A DNA stretch of 54,569 nt, counting the filler, from Sphacelaria rigidula (taxonomy: Eukaryota), in the NCBI GenBank assembly GCA_964200075.2. It is 2 parts of 2 records of this genome, joined end to end, with 100 filler letters (N's around TTAATTAATTAA, not from the genome) between each part and the next. Parts side by side here need not be neighbours in the genome. Positions count along the whole stretch, not along the records: positions 1 to 27,240 come from CAXNAA020000123.1; 1 more part is not named here. One strand, 5' to 3'. Every line of letters begins with the position of its first letter. Position 1 is the first letter of the stretch. The notes beneath the pieces are model-generated. The model saw only the letters and a list, made by a program, of their open reading frames with translations, did not search any database and was not told the origin of the DNA. Positions 1-13,450 of this stretch are shown piece by piece. Made by a program: the position numbers and the translations under genes.

Positions 1-58
1 AAAAACCACAGGAAAAAAAAAAAAAAAAAACCCCCCCCCCCCCCCCCCCTCAAGAATG

Positions 59-92
59 AATGGCTATGGCATGCATGATCATGAGTACACCC
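59..92 (+). mobile_element. Extreme 3' fragment of SINE-like family B
   Basis: TGGCATGCATGATCATGAGTACA matches the 3' ends at ~13820-13850, ~34195 (reverse) and ~41140. Flanked by duplicated CAAGAATG (51-58, 93-100). Confidence 0.6.
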
Positions 93-207
93 CAAGAATG
101 TGTTATTTTTCACACGGTGTTTATTTTTCACGATGAGCATGCACGCTGTACTTTTCTTTTTGTCGGGGTGGTGGTGGTGGTGGTGGTGCTGTTGCTACCC
201 CTGTCAG

Positions 208-328
208 GATGAAGCGCGGACTGCTGTACACGTGCTGTCGAGACAACGGCTACAACAAGCTCGTCCTCGCGCAGCACCTAGACGACCTGGCGGAGAGCTT
301 CATCATGTCGGCGCTGCACAACGGACAG
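208..328 (+). CDS. TtcA-like PP-loop tRNA thiolase, internal exon A (gene starts upstream of window)
   Basis: AG acceptor 206-207, GT donor 329-330. Encodes MKRGLLYTCCRDNGYNKLVLAQHLDDLAESFIMSALHNGQ, matching the TtcA RRGxLY...GHHxDD region. Confidence 0.88.
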
Positions 329-663
329 GTGCGCGAGAAAAAAATGAAAGGACGAAGTGCGAGAAAAAATTATGAAAGGACGTTGTTGTGTGACTGACGC
401 AAGCGGAAGGATCAAATATGAGACCTCCGTTTCCGAACCCCTTGTCTCGATCGATCGGCAAGGATCGGATGAATAATCGCTTGTCTGATTCACCAGATAT
501 TTCACCATTTCTGAGGCCTTATTCAACAGTGCCTGCGGTGCGCAGCGCATACCTGGGGTCCAGCACTTGGAAACGAAGCCCAAGGAGTGAGTGGTTCGTA
601 CGGTAAGTATCAATTTCATTAATCCTTTCGGATCTAGACACCAAGGGAGTGCTGATTTTTGTT

Positions 664-722
664 TTTGTGAATCGGCATCATTTTTCATTCATTTTCAAGT
701 CAAAATGATTGCGATTCACAAA
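664..722. repeat. Short hairpin repeat family (GAATCGGCATCATTTT...AAAATGA..CGATTC)
   Basis: Imperfect palindrome. Related copies at ~3294-3350, ~18828-18855 and ~21016-21042. Confidence 0.55.
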
Positions 723-1282
723 GAATTACACAACAATAATCGGCACTCTAGTTCCCGAAGGGTTTAAAAAGCAAATGAGTTTTAGACAAATCATTATTCG
801 TCCGACCCCTTGGAATTTTGTGCCCACGGGCAGGAATACATGAAGACATCACCACGGCAACAACCACAACAGGTAACCGTTTTCGAAACGTTTTACTCCG
901 TTGGGTTTCGGAGCTAATGGTGGTTGCTGTGAGGGAAAACATGTGGAGATAGGGAACAGATTGTGTTGGGAATTCATATCTTGTTTCAGAACAATTTGAA
1001 GGCCGCTGATTTGATCGAGGTACCTTGTCGCCCTCAGCGCCACCGCTATGGCTTTGAACAATTTTTTGGCCGTGTCACGTTTCTTCACTTGTCCACGGCG
1101 GTCAGTAAGATGCCATATATGCGTCTATTGGGTATTTATTGCGAAAGACATTTGCTGATTAGTGAAGTTTGGGTCGAAATCGTGATCCAGCCTCTAGCTT
1201 TTCACGAGATGTGTACCCGGGTACCGTTTTGTTAACAGAATCAGTCCCTATTGTCGACAGACAAAACAATCTTCCCCCTCCC

Positions 1283-1650
1283 ATGGCCCCTGTGGCGAAG
1301 CACTAGAGAGCAGAACTCGTATAGTGGCATAATGTGAACTATTTGAGGAGGAAGGGGACGTGCTAGAGGGGGAGATGCGGGAAGTGAACGAAGGGCATGA
1401 AATCGCTTGATGCATAAGACACTAGGGGGAAAACGATGGCTACACTAGGAGATGGATGGTGGCCACAGAGGGCGGAACAGGACGGGGATGAAAGATATGT
1501 AAACGGTTTTTGTGTCATGTATGGAAGAAACGTAATGAGCGCCGAAATATATGAGGTGTGTCTATTAGGAGTAGGAACGGTGCTCCGTCTCGGAAGGGAT
1601 GCGTGGTCACTGGTCATACGACCAAGGCAAGCGACAAATGAGTACCACTC
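1283..1650 (+). mobile_element. 5'-truncated copy of LINE family A 3' end
   Basis: Aligns with 13075-13440 (GATGGTGGCCACAGA...GCAAGCGACAAATGAGTAC) and ends in a C-rich tract. Confidence 0.8.
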
Positions 1651-2919
1651 CCTCCCGCCCGCCCGCCCGCCGGCTAATTTCCTCATATGGTCATCTGCAT
1701 GTATTACGTGGTAACCTTCTCCTGAGTTCAATCGCCTGTACACGACCAGTTTTGATGGCGCGGTTTGGACGAATATTTAATGAGAATTTAAGCGAAAGTG
1801 CCCCCATTTTTTCTCAGGTCCGGCGGCGCCTATAGTGGGGTTCCCTCACCAGCCGGGTGGAGCGAGGGGAGGGCATTTGGGGCTCGCACAGCGAGGTCCC
1901 TCGGCTTCACTGGATCACTTACTGTGCTAGCCGACATTTTTCCGATGTATCGGCTTCGCCGATCTCCGGTACATTTTTTATCGGTTTTTACTGCTACGGG
2001 CTATACTTCGAGCTGTCTTTGTTCTCTCTTTCAGCTCTGCCGGAGAACCTGAGTAGCGTCCCGTATTCAATTCGCGAAAGCCACTGCAACATAAGCAATT
2101 CGTGGAGAACATCCGGAACACGGAGGGGCAGGTGACCTGTTTCGGGTTTTCCCTGCGTCCAACCTTGTTATACCTCTCCAGAGGGCGGGTGGGCTACCTT
2201 GCCATCACCATAGAGTGGAGGAAGGAGCACATATACACAGGAACACAGGCACACATTATCAACGTGGAAACAAACCCGCGAACACGTGTGAAGTACACGT
2301 GGAATTAATCGAAGAGGGAAAAAAAAAAGTATGATCGAGGTGAAGGATCGATGGGTATATTTTTTACGGCCGTGTTCACGAGGAGATATGAATCAGGTCC
2401 TGAGGCTGTGCCTGATACGTATCGATGTGTTTTGACCAGATCCTTCTTCTGGTCCTCGCACTTCTTATCCAACAACACAGCGCCGACGATACTGTTTCTC
2501 TCACCTCGCAGCCCCGAGCTGCTGTACTCTTATAGCGACAGACGTCCTGCACAAAGCGAGGATCAATCCACAGCAAAGACGACAGACAAGCACATTGGTC
2601 ACCCGTCCATGCTTCAAAATCGAAATACAAGGCGTACTCCGTCACATTCGTGATGCAGAGCACCGCGAAATACGCAAGCAGCGAACGAGTCAGAGCCAGG
2701 GCTATTTTCTCTAGGAGGATCCCGTGGTCTCGACTCCGAAATATGGACTGTTCAAATTGTATTTTTTCCGTTTTTTCCTGTTGTCTTTCTTTTTTCTCTC
2801 TCTCCCCCTCTCTCTCTCTCTTTCTCCTTCTTTGTCTACTCTGTTGGTTTGTTTTGCTTTTTGTGTTTTTTCATTACTTTTTCTTAAGCTAGTTTTTCAT
2901 TTTTTTTTTTTGTGTCGGG

Positions 2920-3010
2920 TTCGTCTATCATGTGGATGATGAGCACGGCTGGATCATAACTCCTGGGGGATTGTTCAAAGTGCGACGATGCATCAATCGA
3001 AATCAATCAA
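2920..3010 (+). mobile_element. 3' end of a retroposon with (ATCA)n tail
   Basis: TATCATGTG...GATC...CTGGGGG...AAAGTGC...ATCAATC is shared with 43385-43470. Confidence 0.5.
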
Positions 3011-4389
3011 CGACCGATTTTTTTTTTTTTTGACGGAAGGAGGAAACCCAACCCAAAACGTAACTCGCAAGCGAGCTTCGCAAGCGAGTTCGTGTGCCGA
3101 TTGCCCGAAGGCTCGGCTAGACCACCTCGCGGCAGTCATGTGGGGAATCAATGACCTAAGAAGAGCGATGCTACGATAGGGGTTGCGCGTTTTGTTTCTG
3201 GGCCTCGTTTTTGTAGGAGCCCAAATATATGGGGCTTACGGTGCGACCCGAATCTCCGGGGACAGGACATGGAGATGCACACAGGGGCCTTTTCGTGAAT
3301 CGGCATCATCTTCAGTCTTTTTCAAGTGAAAATGATGTCGATTCTCAAAATGATCGGCCCAACACCCCCGAGAAACATGTTCGCTCAAAAAGTGCAACCC
3401 TACCGTAGCATCACTCAGAACCCCAAACAAAGCAACAAACAAGATGGATCCTCTGTGTCCTCAGGTAAACGTCCGTCCATGCCATCATCCAATGTGCTGT
3501 AACACATATTTGACAGCATCTTGCCTAAGAAGAAAGAACACTGTCTCATTTATCCTTTGCTACAGCAAATAATGTTACGGAGCTTCGAGGATGGCGAACA
3601 GCACGTTATCACAGCCTACATTCATACAATAGACATCTCATGATGTCTACAGTAGTCAAACTTTAGACGAAACATTTTTAAATTCATGGGCTATTTTTTT
3701 CGGCCTTTTCGGTTACCACGACTCATCACGGTATCTGTTCGATCCCAAACTTTGGGAATCGAGACACATGAGTACCCGAGACAAATTTCGACAAAATATG
3801 ATATTCTATGACTATTTTTTGAACGATTTGTGGGCTCACCGGTCTTTCGGGGTGGTACAAGTTTATACACCACGGCTCTTCCTCTTTGATTTTTTCGCTC
3901 GACTGAATCGATCCCGATCGTTATAATGATGAATTCTATCCCCTCAGCTTTTCTATTTTCTCGATTTTCATGCGCTACAGCCGAGAAACGGTATTTTTCG
4001 GTCATATGCACCCCATCATTAAACGGAGTTTTACTCCGAATCATTCCGTCAACACAAAATGGAGAAAGTGTCCTGAGCACGACCTGATGCGTTTTCCGAC
4101 GCCTACCGACTCTTGAACTCTCGAGTGATGGTGACAAATCACCCGTGCAAAAAAAATCCCATTGAGTGAGCACAATATTCAGAATTGGACTACTGTACGT
4201 CGTGAAGGACTCATGTTGAGGGTGGTTGTTGCCGAAGCCGGTCTTTGTTGTTTGGGCCAGTTTCGACCTCACATAGGCGAGCATGAAGATTCCATCTTCT
4301 CTTTCGGTAATTTTACGCATCGGAAATACCATAGTATCTGTTCGAATTTCACATGATCTGTGCTGGCAATCCTAGAGATACTCCACCTG

Positions 4390-5327
4390 CCGACAGGTTT
4401 GAACATGTCGACCCGCAGTCAAACCCGCGACGAGACACGTTTCCTGTTCGATGAAGGGGCTACTTGAGCGTCTGATGGTACAGAAGACCGAAGACCGACA
4501 GCCTGGTTGGGTGTGGTCAGCGCCCTGCACACGGCCCCGCAGGAAAGGGCACCAAGCTTCAAGACCAGACGGAGATCGGCCGCATGTTCGACCGCCAATC
4601 ATGCGGTTGATCTCGGCCGCCTGGTATTCAAGCCTGGTGCCCTTTCCTGCGTGAGTGTGTGCAGGGCGTTGACCATTCCTCACCAATTTACCCGTCTTCG
4701 CTTTTCTGTACCGTGAGACGCTCAAGTGGCCAATTTGTTGAACAGGCAACGTGTCTTGTTTTGAGTTCGACCGCCGGCCGACATGTTCAAACCTGTCGCT
4801 ACGTACTTCCAAGTGATACACGTTCCCTGTTCGACGAGGCGCTGCTCGAGCATCCCGCGGTACCGGAAAGCGAAGACAGACAGCCTGGTTAGGGGTGGTC
4901 AATGCCGGGCGCACGCTCGTGCAGTGGAGGGCGCCAAGCTTCAAGATCAGGCGGCCGAGGTCGACCGCATGTTCAGCGTGTGGAGGGCGTTGACCACTCC
5001 TAACCAGGTTGTCAGTGCACCGTGAGACGCTCAAGCAGCGCTTCGTCGAAAAACAGGGAACGAGTCTCGTTTCGGGTTTGACTGCGGGCCGATATGTTCA
5101 AACAAGTCGGTTGGTATTTCCAAACGGGGCGCTTTGCCTGTTCGACGAGGCGCTACTTGAGCGCCTCACGAGTACAGGAAAGCGAAGACGGACAGCCTGA
5201 TTAGGGGCGGCCGACGCCCTGCACAAGCTCGCGCAGGGAAGCGTGTTGACCACTCTTAACTAGGCTGTCCGTCTTTGCTTTCCTGTACTCGTGAGAGGTT
5301 CAAGTAGCGCCCCGTCGAACAGGGAAC
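4390..5327. repeat. Array of three consecutive inverted-repeat (hairpin) units
   Basis: A ~90-100 bp unit lies forward at ~4441, ~4819 and ~5131 and reverse-complemented at ~4656, ~4976 and ~5243. Confidence 0.8.
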
Positions 5328-5329
5328 TC

Positions 5330-5770
5330 AACACGGGATTTTCAAAATTGGGTATGGATTCTTTATTGAGGATGAAAACCCGGAGAATTCAAATCTTCGT
5401 ATCCGCACCAAATCTTCGGAATATAGTTCCACTCCTTCACCCCCTGGTAGCTATTGAAAGCTACTACACGCCATACAATTTTGGATCCTGATAACCGACA
5501 TGTTGGGGTCCTGGGCGAAGAATTATTTTTGGGGAATTGAGATGACTAGATCAGATCGCCGAAATTTGTCAAGATTGGTTTTTCACCTAGGACCCCAACA
5601 CTTCGGTTATTGAAATCCAAACTTGTATGGCGTGTAGTAGTTTTCAATAGCCACCAGAAAGTGAAGAAATGGAGCCACATTTCGAGATTTAGCGTGGATA
5701 CGAAGATTTTAGTTCTCCGCGTTTCTCATCCTCAATAAAAAATCCGTCCCCAATTTGTAAAATCTCGCGT
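5330..5770. mobile_element. Fold-back/MITE element with ~190-bp inverted arms
   Basis: 5330-5520 is an imperfect reverse complement of 5580-5770 (e.g. CTACTACACGCCATACAA / TTGTATGGCGTGTAGTAG). Confidence 0.8.
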
Positions 5771-8445
5771 TACACGGCTCGTTTTGCTTCTGAGTGAGGG
5801 TCGACACATTACGATCCTATCGGTTGGTACAGTATCTTCAGGTTTTTGCGGCGCAGATCGTGTCAGATTCGACAGACACTACGGTATTTGCGATGCGTAG
5901 TACTACCGTACGAGAGGATGGAATCTTGAAAGCGTTGCAATGTGTGCATCTCCTGTCCACTGTTGTACATGTAATGGGCGTACATGCTTGCGCGTAGCAG
6001 TTGTGTGGTGTGAAGTTGTCGAGGGGCATGCATCCTGGTGACCCGAGTATGGAGCTCAAAGGACAGTGGCCCCGGTGAGATCCGTCAGCCCAACGCTGCA
6101 CCTCTTGCGCCACGGTCGGATGGAACCCACGCAGCCCCGAGTAGCCAAGTGTGCGTTGGTAGGACAGCAAACGGGGTAACCCCGGCGGAAAGCACCCACG
6201 GGCAGCCGCGTGCATGGCTCCAAATGGTCAGTAATGCCGCACGTACTTGTAGTTGCACCTGTCTGTGGGGTGTACCGTACAGTCAGTAGTCCTTGCGCAC
6301 TGGATACATCACAGTATAGTCACAGACAACCATCATCGACACGGACAACGGCCGAAAGTCGGTGCACTTACAGTTCACATACCCCCAAAACGAAGTACAG
6401 TGATGATTAAGCATAGACGGCGAACTGTGTTGGTGTCCTCGTAACGTGAAGAGTACGGATAGCAAGATCGATGGTGTCGCCAATCCAGCTACTCACTTTC
6501 GCATAACTCAAAGCCAGAAACATCCAGAAAACCAAACTCCAAGACAATCAGAGCACACCCTACTCATCGCTACAAGGAATCCAAGCTTTTTCTCGGTGAT
6601 GAATGAACACACACAAAATCAACCCGCCCCCCCCTCCCATTTTTAGGCTTCCATCCCCCTTTCTCAGCATTCACATCACGGGAAAAGGGTACTGCGTAAA
6701 GCGAGCGTCATCTCCTCCTTCCATCACTCACTGTCGGAGATACCGCCGTGCAGTCGGGGGCTGGGCTTGATCGTCCGTCACCATCCAAAGGCCCTCATCG
6801 TCCGTCACCACCCTTCCGAGATTCCTCCTTCATACACACCCCTCCCTCAAAGGGTTGCACCTGGAGTCACTTTGCCTCACACAATTGTGGGCTCGAAATA
6901 GACATGGTTGTAGAATAGCATCGGGTCGAATGTTAGTCACCGTAAACATCTCATCTTCTTCATCCACGCGTAGGTATACCTCGTCGAAAACATATCTTCC
7001 TACAGTAGTGGGTGGTCTAACTATTCATTTTGTGGCATTTTGTGATTTTCTCGTGGTTGGCGATTCTCTTGGGCTCTTTTTGCTTGCCACCGCTTATCAC
7101 ATTGCGGATCTAAAGATATTTTTATTCCCTCCACATTTCAGGGAAAAAAAAAATCATCTGTACTCAATATTGAGTGACTTACGGGCTGACCGATCATTGG
7201 GGGTCCTGCCACGTTTCGGGTCAGATTCTTACTCTTCAGTATTTTCGATCGATCGAGCCTGTCCCGATCAAATTTGTGAAGAAATGTACAGTTTTTTTTT
7301 CAGTTATACCTACTCATTGCACTAGAGCCAAAAAAACCGTGTTTCACGGTCAATAGCACCCTCCTGATGAACATGGTATTTACTCGTATCGTCCAGTAAC
7401 ACCAACTGACACTGACTTGGGCACTGTGTTTCGATGATGATCTGCTTATCGTACCAAAATTTACTGACACTAGAAATTTCGAGTTCTATCGAAGATTAGT
7501 ACGCGAGGAAAACCCCAAAACATCTCTGAATAGTTAGACCGCCCGCTGCTATATTCCACCCACGGGCCACTTAAAATACTCATAAATTTCCACCAGAAAA
7601 GCAACATCACATCAAGCTGTACTTCCTTTCGAGAACCACAATCCAGTCCCCCAATTCAGTGAGCATCTTTTTTCATTCTCGGAGAATTTCAATCACCTCT
7701 ACAGTCAGTCATCGCTGTTTTGCACGATTTCATCCTACAGTCGCTGTACCTCCGCTACCGCTCTACCAGAAAATCAAGGTTTTAATAATTTCATGCCACA
7801 CAGATCAGCGCACATGGTATTCATTTCGCCAAAAACAGTCAATTGTGTACCAGCATCGTTGAATCTTTCGTTTTCGCTCAAAAACCAAACCTCATTGCTG
7901 CCCTTCCCCGTTCGCCCAATGCAGTCAATAATTTTACTGCGCTCCTACATCCGTCCAAGTCAGTCAGCATTTCTGCGCAAGCTCGTTCGTCTAACAGTAA
8001 AAAAATTCGCTGTGCTCCTACGTCCGCCCAAGTCAAGTCACCATTCCTGAGCAAGTTCGTTCGTCTAACAATTATTTTTGTACTACGTACGTTATCAGCA
8101 GTCAATAATTTTTAGGCATATTTTAGGAGTCCATCTCCCTCGTCAACAGCTACCAAATACTGCGTTCATCAGGGGTTTTGTCTACTACATCATGTCACAC
8201 TGCCGTATTTTCTTCACATCCAACAATTTTCACTGTCCTCATCTTAAGGGTCCACGAGCTTTTTTGCATATCAACGGTCAGCCTCGCAAAACTGTATGAT
8301 TCGGGTCTACCTCGCCAGTCAACAACTCTCTCGTACTGTGCCCGCGTGCTCTCACAAGAAATCAAAATCTCCTTGCAAACCAAAATCCCACAGGAAAATT
8401 CATCCTCGAGGAAAACAGACTTTCATGCATAACAGAAATCGAGTT

Positions 8446-10370
8446 TCACAATGCCTCTCCCTCAGCATCCGACCACACCGGACTTTCCTCGACTGTACCT
8501 CTCACAGCTAGAGCCACGTCCTCGAACTTTTGTGAGGATTTGGGACATTCTACCTGGAAATGTCCCGCTTCTCCGCACCTGTGACAAGTACGTTTCGGGC
8601 AATCTTCTGCCCTGTGTGCCGCCACCTCTTTGCACACATGACAACGCCACAGTGGTGGACTTTCAGCGTTGGTGTCCGGTGCTGCCACCTCCCCCGCACC
8701 ATCACCCTTTTCGCCCCCGCCCCCCCCCCCCCCCCCCGGCAAGGAGGGAGGAAGCGCGTTATGGCAAACCCAGAACGGGGGAAACAGGGGGGNNNNNNNN
8801 NNAGTAGGGAGAAGACGATGGCTATACTAGCAGATAGATGGTGGCCACAGACGGCGAAACAGGACGGGGATAAGATATGTCAACGGTTCTTGTATAATGT
8901 ATGGAAGAAACGGAATGAGCTATGGAAGAAACGTAATGAGTGCCGGAATATTGGAGGTGTCTCTATTAGGAGTAGGGAAGGTGCCTCGTCTCGAAAGGGA
9001 TGCGTAGTCAATGGTCACACGATCAAGGGAAGCAACAAATGAGTACGCCCCCCCCCCCCCCCCCCCCCCCCCCCCACACCCAACCAAAACAACAAAAAAA
9101 CAAAACACAAAAANNNNNNNNNNAGGCGATTCCTGCTCTGTTGCTCCTCAACATTGGGTATCAATACTCTGGGCCCCCCCCCCCCCCCCCCCCCGGCCTG
9201 TCCACCCCTTTTCCCCCGTGATTTCCCATCACCTCGGTGTGTGCCCTTTCGTCTGTACTTTTGACCCTTGGACATGAGTGCCCCACCTTGGCTCTCAATC
9301 AATCGTTTGTACGCGCTAGACTCAAACCTGCCACGCACTGTGGACACTACAACCTCCCATGAGAGATCTCTCCGCATCACTTCCAACATCTGTCTCTGTA
9401 TCTCGTATTCTGGTGGGAGGGCGTTGATGAACTTTGAGAGAATCGGGGCATCATTCAAGTGTTTGAACTCTTCGTAGTTCCGCAGCATTCTCGCAGTACT
9501 CTCGAGATCCACGAGGTGTAGGATCGGATCCTTTTCAGAATCGATCACCACATTGTCGAGCTTGTCGAGCAAAGCCAGCCTAGCACCTTGGTTCTTTGGA
9601 CTATGCATTTCAAGTAAGGCACGCCACGCAGCACCCGGGGAAAGCTCTCGGTGAAGAATATCTTGGTCCACCTCTCGTGTTAGGCTAGCACACAGTAGTT
9701 TCCACGCTCCACGATGTGTTCGGACTATATCCCTGCCGAACCTCATTCTAACTCCTCCACGGTAATCCCCGCGTTTCCGACCTCGACATCGTCGGCTCTA
9801 TCACTAAAAACCCAGTCGAGTCGCATGTGCCTTGCATAGTTGATGAGAGAATGACGGAATCTCTCGAATTCACCTTCCTTACCCGAGAGTTTCGGAATCT
9901 CTGGCTTAAACCCCCTTGTAAGCGCCGTCCCCTAATCAAATGACTCGTAGCGCATACCCGTACTTTGCATGCCTCTATCCTCTAGACCAAAAGACTCACG
10001 AAAGGGGCCCGTGCCCCTTGATGTGTCGTGCGCAGCCCCCGATGCCGCGCCCTGTAGTCCCCTGCTGCTGACCCCGTGCTGCTGCGGCAAGGTGCCTCGC
10101 CCCCCCCGCAGCTGACGATCTGTTTGCAGCTGCACTCGGCCCTTCATGTGGGCCGCTGCTAACGGCGGTGCCGTCCGCCCCGTTGCCGCCGGACTCCCTT
10201 GCCCCTCCTGTGCTCATGGTAGCCAACCTCCGGTTCATTTGTTCGAGAAGCTGCGTAATGACCGTCATCCTGCCTTTGAGGTTAATCACTCTATCTTGTG
10301 CGTTGTCTCCCGAGCCCCTCTCTGACGCGTGGTCAGAAGACTGTTGCAAGCCACCACTTCGCGTCATCAT
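8446..10370 (-). mobile_element. Decayed Ty1/copia-like gag (UBN2-like region plus two CCHC zinc knuckles)
   Basis: 9015-9746 ORF: AWRALLEMHSPK...ILSKFINALPPEYEIQRQMLE. 8446-8742: CHVCKEVAAHRAEDC and CHRCGEAGHFQVEC. Broken by frameshifts and N gaps; no pol seen. Confidence 0.7.
8803..9075 (+). mobile_element. LINE family A 3' fragment with long poly(C) run, between two N gaps
   Basis: Matches 13217-13440 and ends CAACAAATGAGTACG followed by a long C run. Confidence 0.75.
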
Positions 10371-10667
10371 CGGCGCTCATTACGTTTCTTCCATAGCTCA
10401 TTGCGTTTTACGGGTATCTCACCACGAGACCCCAACGTCCATGTGAATTTGACGTGGAGGGGGTGATGACCCTACCCTATCCGTTCTGGTTACATCTTCT
10501 GTACTTTCGATTTGCATGTAAGGTGGTCAACCTTCACGCTGATGTTTACATGCCTAGGTTTTGGATTTATTATTGTCTTACGTTTGTTATGATATTGGGG
10601 GGAGAATCTCGGTTGTTTTCCGGCTTGACATGGGACATTATATCTGTTAACTTCCGCCATTCCACGT

Positions 10668-11135
10668 TGATGTTTGGGCTGTGTTGTTGTGGGTTCAAGG
10701 CAAATGAGGGTAAACTTCTCTATTCCATGTCTATGTCCGGGCTGTGTTATGTAAGGTTCAAGAAAAAGGAGGGTTAGCTTTTCTATTCCATGTCCATGTC
10801 CGGTCCGTGTTATGGTGGGTTATAGAAAAAGGGGAGGATCAGCTTCTCTATTTCATGTCTGTATCCGGGCTGTGTTATAGGAGCTGAAAAAAGAGGAGGG
10901 TTAGCTTCTCAATTCCATGTCTTCGTCCGGGCTGTGTTATGTTAGGTTAGAGAAAAAGGGGGGTCAGCTTTTCTATTTCATGTCTATGCCCGTGCTGTGT
11001 TTTGGTAGGTCAAACAAAAACGATGGTTGGCTTCTATGTTCCATGTCTGTATCCGGGCTGTGTCCTAATAGGTTGAAAAAAGGGGAGGGTCAGCTTCTCT
11101 ATTTTAATGTCTATATCCGGGCTGTGTTATAGGAG
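10668..11135. repeat. Minisatellite, ~63-bp unit, ~7.5 copies
   Basis: Unit ATGTCT.T.TCCGGGCTGTGTTAT...AAAAA.GAGGGT.AGCTT.TCTATTCC recurs at ~10727, 10790, 10855, 10917, 10980, 11043 and 11108. Confidence 0.85.
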
Positions 11136-11460
11136 GTGAAAAAAAAAACGGAGAAATATAGAGAAAGAAAAGAAGGAAAATACCACGAAGGAAGGAAAAA
11201 CAGAATGGCTAAGGAAAAGTAAGTAGTAGAAGTAGGGGAAAGAGGCCATCTTCGGTATATGATGTCTATATCCATTTTGTGTGTGTTTTTTGGGGGAAGC
11301 ATTCGGTTGTTCCATTTTCTTAATGTTGTGTCTGTCGATCCGGGGCTTTCTTTGTCTAGTGGCGGTCCCCGGTATATGGACGGTGACAGTCTGCATATTT
11401 GTCTACATTTTGGTGGCTCGTTTTACAGCGCCGTTGCCACTCGACGCCAACCCAAGAGTC

Positions 11461-13447
11461 TAGGGATGAGGGAGGCGAAGAATGGTTACCACGATGCTTG
11501 TGCTATACAACTGGGTATGGGAGAACGAGTACACACCCAAGAGGTGGCGAGAAGGAGTAGTAGTCAAAATTTTCAAGAAAAGGAGACAAGGCTGACCGAG
11601 GGAACTATAGAGGGATGACGTTTCTGAGCACGGTAGGGAAAACGTTCTGGAAGGTTTTGAACGATAGAGCAGGAACGATGCTAGAGAAGGAAGACAAAAT
11701 CAGCAAGGGACAGGCAGGTTTCAGACCAAACCGTAGTTGCGTAGACCATGTGTACACACTAAGTGAGACTATTCAGGGTAGGAAAGACACGGGGTTGACA
11801 ACGTACTGTTTTTTTCTGGACATGCAAAAGGCTTATGGCACAGTAGGGAGAAATGGGCTGTTGAAAAAATTGTCGGAAACGAGGATCACAGGAAAGATAT
11901 GGAGCATGGTCAAGATGACAGAATGTGCCAAAAGTGCCCTGATGCTAGACGGGGAAATATCGAAGTATTTCGATATCTTACAAGGAGTTGCACAAGGGTG
12001 TACGCTATCATCCGCTTTGTTCAAGGTATTCATTAATGACTTGATGATAGCAATAGAAGCAGAAAATTGAGGAGTCAAGGTGGGTGAAGATGTGATATCA
12101 GGTTTGATATTCGCGGATGATTTTGTGGGGATTTCGGGAACACCAGAAGAATCACAGACATAGACAAGGCGCTAGAATACACTAGGAAATGGAGAGTGAC
12201 GGCGAACGTCAACAAATGCGCGGTACTCGTCTGTAACGAAGATAAGAAAAATCCGGTAGAGTTCAAGTGGAAGTGGGGAGAAGAGGAACTGCCGATCGTA
12301 GACCGGTGTACATACCTTGGCGTGGAGATCTCAAAACACTGTTGTTGGGATGCGCACATGAACAAAGTAATAAAAAAGGTTAAGGCACAGATAGGCAGGT
12401 TGGACGTGACTCTCAGAGACCCGCACCTAGACACTAGGATGTATCCTGATGAACGTGATCGTACCAAAGCTGGAATATGCAGGAGAAGTATGGGAGGGGA
12501 ATGTGAAGTCGGTGGAGAGGTCGGAGACAGTACAGGTGGCAGCAGCTAAGAAGATACTTGAATGCTCGAAAACGACGAGTAATACAGTATTGAGAGCAGA
12601 GTTGGGGATGTACTCACTTGAAACAGAGACATGAGGAAATTGCGATGGCAATATAGCGTAAAGAACATGCAGAGAAATATATCGCCAGCTATAGTTGATC
12701 TGGCTGTATGGAAGAAAAGTACGAAAGGCCAGGAATAAGGTGGGATAAAGAAGTCGAGAAAGTGGGGAAGGAGATAGGCGGAAACCAAGACGGCATACTG
12801 TGCATACATGAAGATGCGGGGTACAAGACAAAAGTAAGAGACACGATCGAAGTAAGGGGAAAAGGAGCGCTCAGACGCAAGGTAGACGAGGAAATACACC
12901 TGGAGATACACGGGTGGTTGAGAGAGGGGATCGGAATGAAAAGATGTCGGCATGCCCCAATGGCCGCTGCGAAAAATATGAAATTGCGATTTCGGGTGTG
13001 GGACCTGGACCTGCCAGAAAGAAGAAAGACATTTACCAGTAGTCATGTGGAGGAGGAAGGAGATGGACAGAACTGCTCATGTGGCAATGGAATAGAGAGC
13101 AGAAGTCATGTAGTGGCAGAATGTACAGTAAACTATTCAAGGAGGAACGGGACGAGCTAGAGGGGGAAATGCGGGACGTGAACGGAGGTGGAATGAAATC
13201 GATTGATGCATCAGACAGTAGGAAGAAAACGATGGCCTTACCAGGAGATAGATGGTGGCCACAGACGGCGAAACAAGACGGGGATAAGAAATGTTTCATG
13301 TTTTAGTGTAATGTATGGAAGAAACGTAATGAGCGCCGGAATGTTGGAGGTGTCTCTATTGGGAGTAGGAACGGTGCCCCGTCTCAAAAGGGATGCGTGG
13401 TCACTGGTCAAACGACTTAGGCAAGCAACAAATGAATGTGCCCCCCC
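11461..13447 (+). mobile_element. 5'-truncated, decayed non-LTR retrotransposon (LINE family A): RT and C-terminal Cys/His motif
   Basis: KKGD...NYRGMTFLS, QAGFRPNRSCVDH, FLDMQKAY, GVAQGCTLS, FADD (12110-12121, in frame after the stop at 12068-12070), YLG, CSCGNGIESRSHVVAEC. Multiple frameshifts and stops. Confidence 0.9.
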
Positions 13448-13450
13448 TGT

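Noticed and set aside
8793-9123. Genuine LINE insertion into gag
   Set aside because: Bounded by two 10-N gaps beside homopolymers, so it may be a misplaced contig. Nesting cannot be asserted.
10420-10450. Primer-binding site or LTR of the copia-like element
   Set aside because: CA-TGG occurs on the minus strand, but spacing does not fit a tRNA 3' end and no paired LTRs were found.
10668-11135. CRISPR-like or coding repeat
   Set aside because: Whole ~63-bp units repeat with scattered divergence. There are no unique spacers and no sustained ORF.
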